This document shows, piece after piece, positions 45,453 to 54,242 of a DNA stretch of 64,000 nt. This DNA comes from an uncultured bacterium (GTDB lineage Bacteria; Desulfobacterota_D; UBA1144; Nemesobacterales; UBA2774). Within the stretch, counting starts at the first letter, position 1, and the number at the start of each line of letters is the position of its first letter. A model generated the notes under the pieces. It worked only from the letters and a program-made list of their open reading frames with translations. It had not been told where the DNA came from and searched no databases. A program made the translations under genes and the position numbers. The stretch spans positions 160,001-224,000 of the forward strand of contig CAVPJU010000003.1 of NCBI GenBank assembly GCA_963705505.1, written 5' to 3'.

Positions 45453-47334
45453 CGACGAACAGCTCATACTCAAAATCATATCCGATATACTGACCAAGGA
45501 AGGATATGAGGTCATAGTCGCCAATAACTGCGAGAAGGCCGCAGAATACCTGAGGTCGTCTAATTTTAACGTGGTACTCTCGGATATAAAGATGCCCGTA
45601 AAAAGCGGCATAGACCTTCTTGAAGAAATCAAGAAGAAGGACCCAAATATCCCTGTCATCCTTATGACGGGTTTCGCCTCCCTCGAAACCGCCGTCGAGG
45701 CCGTCCAGAACGGAGCGTTCGATTATCTTATTAAACCGCTCGATTACGGCAAGCTCAAAAGCGTTATCGAACATGCCGCCGACAGGTACGAGCTCTACAG
45801 GGAGAACACGCGCCTGCTCAGCGATCTCAAAGAGCTGAACACCAACCTCGAGTTAAAGGTCAAAGAAAGGAACAGGCAGCTTGAGAACACCCTCAACAGC
45901 ACCATAGAAAGCATAATCACGACGGACAGGGACCTGACAATAGAGACTGCAAACCCGAAGTCTTCCGAAATATTCGGCAGGAACTGCGTAGGGGAGAAAC
46001 TGAGCCTTTTATTTCAAGGGATCAACTTCGATACAATAATTCCCAAAATCCTGAGTGATCCGTCGTATTCGACGAAACACGAAGTAAGGCACGACAATAA
46101 GTTCCTCGAAGTGACCCTTTCTCCTCTGATCGACTTCGAGACGAAAGAGATATTCGGAGTGATAGCCGCGACAGAAGATATAACGGAGAAGAAGAAACTC
46201 GAAGCTCAGCTCATACACTCCGCAAAGATGTCGGGCGTAGGCCAGCTGGCTGCGGGAGTCGCGCACGAATTCAACAACATTCTGTCGGGCATTATAGGCT
46301 ATACCAGCCTCGCGCTCACGAGACAGGACTTGGACAGCGCCAGGAAAGACCTGAAAGTCATCGAGAAGGCCTCGGACAGGGCGGTCGAAATAGTAAACAA
46401 GCTCCTTTCCTTCTCGAGGCAGAAAGGGGAGAAATTCCAGGTAGCGCAGATCGAGAGCGTCATAGACGACGCGCTCGGCCTGGTCGAACACACTTTCGAG
46501 ACCGAGGGCATAAGGATACTCAGGAGCTACGAGAAGGTCCCCGCTATAAGAATGAACCTGGGAGAGTTGCAGCAGGTTTTCCTCAATCTGGCGATAAATT
46601 CGAAACACGCCATGCCCCAGGGCGGCGCCATAGCCATCAGCACGAAGCTCGCCGGGAATTATGTAAGAATCGACTTCTCCGATACTGGAGTGGGCATCCC
46701 CCCTGAAAACCTGTCGAGGATATTCGAGCCGTTTTTTACGACAAAACTGAGCGAAGGCACAAAATCCGGCACGGGCCTCGGGCTATCGGTTATCTATGCG
46801 ATCATTGAAAGGCACGGCGGCCGCATCGATGTCTCAAGCGAGGTCAATAGAGGCACGACGTTCACGATCCTCCTCCCCAATATTCAGGCGGTTTCGAAGA
46901 CCCCGGAAGCGGAGCCGGCACAGAAAAGCCAGAACGGTAAAGTAATCGAGCTAAGGCGCAAAGGGAACGTCCTGATCGTCGACGACGAGGAATTCATCAG
47001 AGACATAGTGAGCGAATGCCTGTCGAGCACGGGGCACAATGTGATGACTGCAGGAAGCAGCGACCAGGCGATCGAGCTCATAAAAAAGAATCATTTCGAC
47101 ATCACGTTCCTTGATTTTTCCATGCCCAATAAAAGCGGCCTCGAGCTCCTCAGGGAAATAAAGGTCATAGACCCCAACTCCACAGTGGTCATTATCAGCT
47201 CAAGGCCCGAGGAGCAGCTCCCGGACGAGCTTTCGGACGAGGGTTCTTACAATATCATTAAGAAACCGTTCTCGGTGGACCAGATACAAAACGCGGTCTC
47301 CAGGGTTCTGGGGGCGGAGGCGATGAGCAGATAA
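45418..47334 (+). CDS. Cytoplasmic hybrid kinase REC-PAS-HisKA-HATPase-REC
   Basis: VDDE/SDIKMP/KP; PAS-like segment ending EDITEKK; AHEFNNIL; GTGLGL; C-terminal VDDE/LDFSMP/KP; overlaps the upstream kinase gene. Confidence 0.9.
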   Translation: MPNTRKRVLVVDDEQLILKIISDILTKEGYEVIVANNCEKAAEYLRSSNFNVVLSDIKMPVKSGIDLLEEIKKKDPNIPVILMTGFASLETAVEAVQNGAFDYLIKPLDYGKLKSVIEHAADRYELYRENTRLLSDLKELNTNLELKVKERNRQLENTLNSTIESIITTDRDLTIETANPKSSEIFGRNCVGEKLSLLFQGINFDTIIPKILSDPSYSTKHEVRHDNKFLEVTLSPLIDFETKEIFGVIAATEDITEKKKLEAQLIHSAKMSGVGQLAAGVAHEFNNILSGIIGYTSLALTRQDLDSARKDLKVIEKASDRAVEIVNKLLSFSRQKGEKFQVAQIESVIDDALGLVEHTFETEGIRILRSYEKVPAIRMNLGELQQVFLNLAINSKHAMPQGGAIAISTKLAGNYVRIDFSDTGVGIPPENLSRIFEPFFTTKLSEGTKSGTGLGLSVIYAIIERHGGRIDVSSEVNRGTTFTILLPNIQAVSKTPEAEPAQKSQNGKVIELRRKGNVLIVDDEEFIRDIVSECLSSTGHNVMTAGSSDQAIELIKKNHFDITFLDFSMPNKSGLELLREIKVIDPNSTVVIISSRPEEQLPDELSDEGSYNIIKKPFSVDQIQNAVSRVLGAEAMSR

Positions 47335-47350
47335 ATTACCGCAGCCGGAC

Positions 47351-47713
47351 ATGGAAGAGTTTTCCCGTTTTTACTGTAAAATATTCGTGAATGAAAACGA
47401 GATATATTCCGGTGACCTCGGAGAGGTCCCCGAAAGGCTCAGGAAGGGAATGATCCGCGACTTAAGCGAATGGGCGGGCTCTCTCGGCAAGAGGGGCCTG
47501 AATGAACTAATTTATTCACACCTCGCCTGGTATGAGGAGAAAGGGACGTATTGCGAGACTTGCGGGGCATGGGCAAAGGACGATGACGGCGGGGAATGCG
47601 GGGAGTGCGGGCAAAAGTTCGGGGAGCGTTATATCCACGAGCGGAACAAGAGGCTCGATATGATTATTACATGCGTGGGAATGATTTCGAGCGTGCGAAT
47701 TTCGGAAATCTGA
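47351..47713 (+). CDS. Hypothetical protein with CxxC...CxxC zinc-ribbon
   Basis: CETC...CGEC; 120 aa; starts 16 nt after the hybrid kinase. Confidence 0.65.
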   Translation: MEEFSRFYCKIFVNENEIYSGDLGEVPERLRKGMIRDLSEWAGSLGKRGLNELIYSHLAWYEEKGTYCETCGAWAKDDDGGECGECGQKFGERYIHERNKRLDMIITCVGMISSVRISEI

Positions 47714-47786
47714 ATAATAGAGACACCGGCTTCAGCCCGATAACGGCTGGGACGGAATGTCCGAATATCGAGGTAAGAGGTAAAAG

Positions 47787-48092
47787 ATGAAGCTGATTGT
47801 CAGAGGACAGATATTCCCGAAGGTATGGGAGATCGCAGAGGGCGTCAGGAAATTAAGAGAGGACAGAAAACCCGTTAACATAGGAGCGGGGACAGTCGGC
47901 TTCCCAGTCTATGAAGTCGAGCTTCCGGACGATACCAGAAAAGAGGGTTTATACTTTATTACTCCTCAGGGCATAAGACTCTATTTCTATCCCGGCGATC
48001 AGTATCAGATCGGATATCTGATCTCCGAGATCGACCGCGATCACTTGACCGAAAAACATTTTAAAGATACGGTCCATAACACGCCCTCCTGA
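47787..48092 (+). CDS. Hypothetical protein
   Basis: 101-aa ORF with GAGGT SD. Confidence 0.6.
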   Translation: MKLIVRGQIFPKVWEIAEGVRKLREDRKPVNIGAGTVGFPVYEVELPDDTRKEGLYFITPQGIRLYFYPGDQYQIGYLISEIDRDHLTEKHFKDTVHNTPS

Positions 48093-48154
48093 GAATTCCG
48101 ACCCCGGCAAGCGGCTTTTGACTCCCAACCGGGGTGTATGTATTTTTATTTCAG

Positions 48155-49084
48155 ATGGAAAATCACGAACACGCTCACGAAATAAAAAACACGAAAGAAA
48201 AGAAAGCCCTGACGATAGTCCTGATACTCACCGCGTGCTTCATGATAGTGGAAGCGGTATCCGGATTCTACACCGGCAGTCTCGCCCTCCTCTCGGACGC
48301 GGCTCATATGCTGACGGACGTATTCGCGCTGTCCCTGGCTTATTTGGCTCTCTGGTTCTCCGTTAAACCGCCGACCCTCAGCAAAACCTTCGGGTTCTAC
48401 AGGGCGGAGATACTCGCCGCATTCATCAACGGAATCCTCCTCTTCGTAATCTCAGGAGGCATTATCGTAGAAGCGTACGAAAGGTTCAAGGTCCCTCAAG
48501 AGGTAAAAAGCCTCGAGATGACGGTTGTCGCAATCGTGGGGTTGATACTCAACATAGGCTCAGCCTATATACTGTCCGGGTATAAAAGCGGAAATCTAAA
48601 CATCAAGAGTGCGCTCTATCACGTCATAAGCGACGCCTTCGGCTCTGCGGGAGCCGTAGCCGCTGGCGTGGTGATGCTGATGACGGGCTGGTATTATGCG
48701 GACAGCATCATAAGCGTGCTCGTCTCGGTTCTTATATTGAGGAGCGCATGGGTTATTTTAAAGGAGTCGGTGCACATACTTCTCGAGGGTACACCGCGGG
48801 GAATAGACCTCAAAGCAGTTCAGAACACAATATGCGCCCACGAGGGAGTGCTTAGCGTGCACGACCTTCACGCATGGACGCTCACTCAGGGATTCGAAGC
48901 GCTGAGCGCTCACCTGGTCGTGGACGACATGCATAAAAGCGAAGCGCTAATAAGCGATATCAAAGACCAGCTGTCGGGGAAATTTCACATAACCCACGTA
49001 ACGCTTCAGCTGGAAACAAAAGAGTGCGGGTCCGCGAACAGCACCTGCTACGAAGACGCCTCGGAAGGAAAAGGAGCGGGATAG
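48155..49084 (+). CDS. Cation diffusion facilitator (CzcD/ZitB-like zinc exporter)
   Basis: SLALLSDAAHMLTD, YRAE, HVISD, HDLHAW, HVTLQ. Confidence 0.93.
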   Translation: MENHEHAHEIKNTKEKKALTIVLILTACFMIVEAVSGFYTGSLALLSDAAHMLTDVFALSLAYLALWFSVKPPTLSKTFGFYRAEILAAFINGILLFVISGGIIVEAYERFKVPQEVKSLEMTVVAIVGLILNIGSAYILSGYKSGNLNIKSALYHVISDAFGSAGAVAAGVVMLMTGWYYADSIISVLVSVLILRSAWVILKESVHILLEGTPRGIDLKAVQNTICAHEGVLSVHDLHAWTLTQGFEALSAHLVVDDMHKSEALISDIKDQLSGKFHITHVTLQLETKECGSANSTCYEDASEGKGAG

Positions 49085-50320
49085 TCATTCATCCTCCCGG
49101 ATCAGCTTCTCGGCGTAGGATTTCATCTCGTCGCCTATCTTTTTAAGCTCGGGCCTGGATTGTACGTATTTCTCGAGCGCTTCAAGCACGTTCATAGTCT
49201 TTGAGAGCTCGGTCTGCCTCATCGTTTTCCTGGGTTTAGAGAATATTCTCTCGATCTTGAGAGTCTGAGCACCCGCGAATGCCGACCTTATCGCCTTTTC
49301 GTCGACTTCCTCCCCAGGACTCCCGACCTCGTACCTGACCCTGACTACGGCACCCTCCGTGTCACCGCGAAAAAACCGGCCGAGATCCGGATCTCTCCCT
49401 TGATCCGAGCCGATTTCACCGAGATCGATAGTGATAAATTTCCTCGCCGGGGTCTCCATGAATCGGTAGCTGCAGCTCCATCCCCCTTCCGCCTCTAAGA
49501 TTTCACCAAGTACGAAACCCTTTTTCTCCTTCTCCTCGGTGAAATCGATCCTCTCGATACTGCCCGAATAAACTACCGGTGGGGTGTCCGCTTCATTCAG
49601 GTCCTGAAACCTGTGTATGTGCCCGAGCGCTACATAATCAAACGCAGGGTCCGCAAGCACTGACACCGGGACGGACGGGTCAGAAGTCGTAAGAGTGTCC
49701 GTTTCCGTACCGGATAATTTAGCCCCTCGTGCCGACACATGTCCGAGTAATACCGCCGGGTGTTTCTTGTCGGTCTTCTCAGCGAGGCCATGGATTATCG
49801 TGATCAGCCTTCTTTCGATCTCCGTCTGTATCTCCGGGGAGGAAAGCGACTTGTATTCGTCCCTTGCGAGGAGGGCGCTTCTTCCCGCCCACGGAAGACA
49901 GGCCACCTGAACTATTCCGCTCTTCGTGTCCACGCTGACGACTCCGGGTTTTCTCGCTATGGTCACTCCCTCTATATCGAGGGCCGGGAAAATTTCGACT
50001 GCTGAGGCACCTAAGCCGGAAGACGAGTAGTCATGGTTTCCCAATACGATAACGACTCGGGCGCCGTTACTGCCGGCGACTTTCCCTATTCTGCGGGCAA
50101 ATTCTATTTCTTCCGCAGGAAGCGGGTTCTCCCTGTGGAACACATCGCCCGCGATGAGTATGAGGTCTACGGATTCCCTCGATGCCGCCTCTAATACGTG
50201 GTCGAGGCATTTCAGGATGTCTTCGAGTCTGGTGTTATATCCCGTTGACGGATTGAGCTTCCCGTGCGTCAGTAAGCCGATATGAATATCGGAAAGGTGG
50301 ATAAACCTTATCTTTCTCAA
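49085..50320 (-). CDS. sbcD: SbcD/Mre11-family nuclease
   Basis: HLSDIHIG, AGDVFH, GNHD, YVALGHIH, YSGS. Confidence 0.9.
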   Translation of the reverse strand: MRKIRFIHLSDIHIGLLTHGKLNPSTGYNTRLEDILKCLDHVLEAASRESVDLILIAGDVFHRENPLPAEEIEFARRIGKVAGSNGARVVIVLGNHDYSSSGLGASAVEIFPALDIEGVTIARKPGVVSVDTKSGIVQVACLPWAGRSALLARDEYKSLSSPEIQTEIERRLITIIHGLAEKTDKKHPAVLLGHVSARGAKLSGTETDTLTTSDPSVPVSVLADPAFDYVALGHIHRFQDLNEADTPPVVYSGSIERIDFTEEKEKKGFVLGEILEAEGGWSCSYRFMETPARKFITIDLGEIGSDQGRDPDLGRFFRGDTEGAVVRVRYEVGSPGEEVDEKAIRSAFAGAQTLKIERIFSKPRKTMRQTELSKTMNVLEALEKYVQSRPELKKIGDEMKSYAEKLIREDE

Positions 50321-50372
50321 CTGCAGCCGGGCGTTACGGAGACTTGGCAGTCTCCATGAACGCCCCCTTTAT

Positions 50373-51512
50373 TTATTCTCCGAATAAAATTTCAGACGCC
50401 TTTTTCGTGCCGGCTCCGTAATTGAATTTGTAACCGAGCTTATGGAGCACGCTTTCTATCGCCGATATGAAGAATAATGTATCGGTCTTGTCTAGATCCC
50501 CGATGTGGGACACGCGGAATATTACTCCCTTGGCCTGATCCTGTCCGTCGGCAACCGTTATTCCGAATTCGCTGCTGAGGGCCTTGATAACCTTGCTCGA
50601 GCCTATCTCGGGCGGAGCTACAACCGTCGTGAGCGCCGGGCTCGGGACGTCCTTGACATATATATCCAAGCCTATCGCCTTCATCCCTTCCCTCATCGCG
50701 AGAGAGAGCTTGGCATGGCGCTTGTACATGTTCTCCCTGCCCTCTTCCTTAAACCTTCTGAGCACGGCTGCGAGACCGATAATCAGCGTGACGGCCGGGG
50801 TATAGGGGGTCGTGTTTTTCTCCGCATTCTTCAAAGCGGCTTTGAAATCGAAATAATATTTCGGCAGGTCCGAAGTCTTATTGAATTTCCATGCCTTCTC
50901 GCTCATAGCGGCAAACGACAGGCCGGGAGGCAGCATGAACGCCTTCTGCGAGCCGCCGACCATCACGTCTATGCCGATTTCGTCGAAAGGAAGCGGGAAC
51001 ACGCCCACACCGGTGATACCGTCCACTATCAGAATAACGTCGTCTCTGTGTCTGGTAATGTCAGCGATTTCCTTTGTCGGATGCATAACGCCCGTCGATG
51101 TTTCGCTCGCCTGTACCAGAACGGCGCGTATGGACGGGTCTTTCTCCAGCGCCTTTTCTATATCCGCCGGATTTACGGAATACCCCCATTCGACCATGAG
51201 CTCCTGCGTGTCGAGGCCGAAAGCCTTGCAAATCTTTCCCCACCTCTCGCCGAATTTACCGCCGTTGACGACAAGGACCTTGTCCCCCCGGGAAAGCGTA
51301 TTCACTACGGCAGCCTCCATTGCTCCCGTTCCGGAAGCCGCGAGAACAAAGACTTCCTGCTTCGTATCGTATATGTATTTAAGCCCCTCTCTCACCTCGG
51401 CGAATATAGCTTCGAATTCCTTCGTCCTGTGGTGCATGATGGGCTTTGCCATCTCTATGAGAATTTCGCTTGGGACTGCTACCGGCCCCGGAGTAAATAT
51501 GTAATTTTTCAC
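50373..51512 (-). CDS. Class V PLP aminotransferase (serine-pyruvate / alanine-glyoxylate type)
   Basis: TPGP, SGTGAME, ETSTG, GSQKAFMLPPG, TPYTP. Confidence 0.93.
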   Translation of the reverse strand: MKNYIFTPGPVAVPSEILIEMAKPIMHHRTKEFEAIFAEVREGLKYIYDTKQEVFVLAASGTGAMEAAVVNTLSRGDKVLVVNGGKFGERWGKICKAFGLDTQELMVEWGYSVNPADIEKALEKDPSIRAVLVQASETSTGVMHPTKEIADITRHRDDVILIVDGITGVGVFPLPFDEIGIDVMVGGSQKAFMLPPGLSFAAMSEKAWKFNKTSDLPKYYFDFKAALKNAEKNTTPYTPAVTLIIGLAAVLRRFKEEGRENMYKRHAKLSLAMREGMKAIGLDIYVKDVPSPALTTVVAPPEIGSSKVIKALSSEFGITVADGQDQAKGVIFRVSHIGDLDKTDTLFFISAIESVLHKLGYKFNYGAGTKKASEILFGE

Positions 51513-51770
51513 TTTTTGAGTCTCCTCTGCATTGATGTTCTTTCGGTATCTGATAAAGCTGACTGTGAAATCTTTCTATGCCCCCGCAAACACCCTTAGC
51601 TCACCGGTCCCGCCGGACTAAAATTCGCTAATTTATCCCGTAACAAACTCTTGTGATACAAACAGGTTTAAAACCATAAGAATTTACCCAAAGCTGCGGA
51701 TAATTCAACTGTCCTTGCTTTTGAACCCTCAAACCTTATATTATTTGCATATCTATAACGGGAGTACGAC

Positions 51771-52881
51771 ATGTTCGGAGAAAATAAAGAGCAGATACAG
51801 GAGCTTAAGAAGAGACTGGTAGTACTCGGAGACTTTCTTTGACCTCCCCGGGAAAAAATCACGTCTTAAGGAACTCGAAGAGCTGACAGGCAAGCAGGGG
51901 TTCTGGGATAATGCCGACCGGGCGCAGGAAATCTTAAAGGAGCAGGCACGGATCAAAAGCGCTATCGACGGCTGGCAGAGGCTCTCCCGAGAGCTCGAGG
52001 ACGCGGAAGTCCTGGAGGAGCTGTCCCTCGAAGAAGAAAATGAGGAAGCCGCCCTGGAAGCCAGGGAAAAGCTGTCAGAAATACAGAACCAGGTCGAGAA
52101 CCTCGAATTCAAAAGGATTCTGGGGGAGCCCGATGACGAGAGAAACGCAATCGTATCGATAAACGCAGGCGCGGGCGGCACCGAGGCGCAGGACTGGGCG
52201 GAGATGCTCCTAAGGATGTATCTGAGGTACGCCGAGCTTAACGATTATACGACCGAGATGATCGAGTACTCGGAAGGGGACGAAGCCGGCATGAAGAGCG
52301 CAACGTTCCTCGTAAAAGGGGATTACGCGTTCGGCTATCTCAAGGGCGAGAGCGGAGTACACAGGCTGGTCAGGATTTCCCCGTTCGACGCCAATAAGAG
52401 AAGGCACACGTCGTTCGCATCCGTTTTCGTTTCTCCGGAAATCGACGAGAGCATAGAGGTCGATATTGAGGAAAAAGATTTGAGGGTGGATACCTACCGG
52501 GCGAGCGGGGCCGGCGGGCAGCACGTAAACAAGACCGATTCCGCGATAAGGATAACCCACTTCCCGACGGGGATAGTCGTAAGCTGTCAGAACGAACGCT
52601 CCCAGCATCAGAACCGGGCTACGGCGATGAAGGTACTGAAGGCAAGGCTCTACGAGCTCGAAAAGGAAAAACAGCAGGAAAAAATAGACGAGCTGCACTC
52701 GACGAAAAAGGAGATCGGATGGGGGAGCCAGATCCGTTCCTACGTGCTCCATCCGTACAGAATGATCAAGGACCACAGGACAGGGTACGAGACCGGAAAT
52801 GTCGAGCCCGTTTTGGACGGAGACCTGAGCGAATTCATAAAGAGCTATCTTCTTATGCACTCGGGTGAAAAAAAGGTATGA
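51771..52881 (+). CDS. prfB: Peptide chain release factor 2 (programmed +1 frameshift)
   Basis: 23-codon leader ORF ends CTT-TGA-C (51837-51843); +1 frame continues DLPGKK...FWDN...GGTEAQDW...SPF...GGQ. Confidence 0.98.
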
Positions 52882-52998
52882 CGACCCGGCCGGATCATGC
52901 CCTATAATCCTTTGATTCCATACCCGGGGTGTTATATTTATCCATCGACAGCCTAGGAATTCAGTGAAGTCCGCGTCCCTCTCTGGAGGAAAGGAATT

Positions 52999-53868
52999 TT
53001 GAGAATCGGAATAATCGGGAAGACGGATATAGACAAGACATACGAGATCGCGAAAGACCTCTGCAAATGGTTTAAAAAAAGAGGGGTCGCGGTCATTCTT
53101 GAAAAAGAGCTCGCGAATAAAATCCGTCACAAAAATTCTGCCCGCGCTCCCGAAATCCCCAAGCTCGTCGATATAATACTCGTCTTCGGCGGGGACGGCT
53201 CATTCCTGGGCGTCGCCCGGGTTGCGTGCAGATACGGCACGCCGATCCTGGGAATAAACCTGGGAGGACTCGGGTTTCTTACTGAAATAACCGTTGACGA
53301 GATATACCCGATGATGGAGAGGATACTGAGCGGCGATTATGAAATAGAGGACCGCCGGATGCTCCGGACAACACTGCGGAGAGGCAAGACCAGGGCAAAG
53401 AACTACGATGTCCTGAACGACGTGGTAATTAACAAAGAGGCCGTCGCGAGGATAATCGATCTCGAAATCTACATTGAAGGCTCGCACGTTACGACGTATA
53501 AAGCAGACGGGATCATCCTTTCGACGCCCACGGGTTCGACCGCCTATTCCCTTTCCGCAGGAGGACCGATAGTCCAACCCACACTCCCCGTCACTATAAT
53601 CACGCCGATTTGTCCTCACACCCTCACGAACAGACCGCTCGTCGTGTCTAACGAGATGAAGGTCGAAATAAAGATAACCACCCAGGAGCCCGACACATAC
53701 CTTACGCTCGACGGGCAGATCGGAATCAGGCTCAAGACCGGAGACGTCGTAGAAGTCAGAAAATCCGATACTACCGTAAAACTGATAAAATCCCCTTTCA
53801 GAGATTACTTCACCATTCTCAAGACCAAACTTATGTGGGGAGAAAGATATGGCAAGATCAACGGATGA
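52999..53868 (+). CDS. nadK: NAD kinase
   Basis: GGDGS, GLGFL, LND, TPTGSTAYSLSAGG, DGQ. Confidence 0.97.
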   Translation: MRIGIIGKTDIDKTYEIAKDLCKWFKKRGVAVILEKELANKIRHKNSARAPEIPKLVDIILVFGGDGSFLGVARVACRYGTPILGINLGGLGFLTEITVDEIYPMMERILSGDYEIEDRRMLRTTLRRGKTRAKNYDVLNDVVINKEAVARIIDLEIYIEGSHVTTYKADGIILSTPTGSTAYSLSAGGPIVQPTLPVTIITPICPHTLTNRPLVVSNEMKVEIKITTQEPDTYLTLDGQIGIRLKTGDVVEVRKSDTTVKLIKSPFRDYFTILKTKLMWGERYGKING

Positions 53869-54217
53869 ACAGTTTCTGCATGACTGGGTCATAAGGAAAA
53901 TACGTGAGAAATATTCGAGGCTCTACAGCGAGGTGCGCATAAATCCCGGTGAAGAGATAAATTTCGATTACAAAGGGAAACACCCGGACATAATCATAGT
54001 CAATTACGGGCAGGTCGTGCAGATAGTGGAGGTCGAGACACGGGAGACAATAAATAACGAAAGGGTCCCGAAATGGAAAGACCTCTCCGAGCTCGGTGTA
54101 AAATTAACCCTCATGGTGCCGAAGGAATTGCAGGGACCCGCAAGGGACATTTGCTGGAAGAACGGTCTCGCAGCCAAAGTGAACATCGGAAGCTTCGATG
54201 TCCTCCTGAACATTTAA
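53849..54217 (+). CDS. Small protein with PD-(D/E)xK-like motif
   Basis: H...PDII...IVEVET pattern; overlaps the nadK end by 20 nt. Confidence 0.6.
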   Translation: MARSTDEQFLHDWVIRKIREKYSRLYSEVRINPGEEINFDYKGKHPDIIIVNYGQVVQIVEVETRETINNERVPKWKDLSELGVKLTLMVPKELQGPARDICWKNGLAAKVNIGSFDVLLNI

Positions 54218-54242
54218 CCCATGCCCGACAGGGACCGGGTCT

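Noticed and set aside
50505..51599. Long antisense ORFs (this 364-aa one, also 4978-5826, 38681-39520, 52210-53130 and others)
   Set aside because: They are shadows of conserved genes on the opposite strand with no recognisable motifs.
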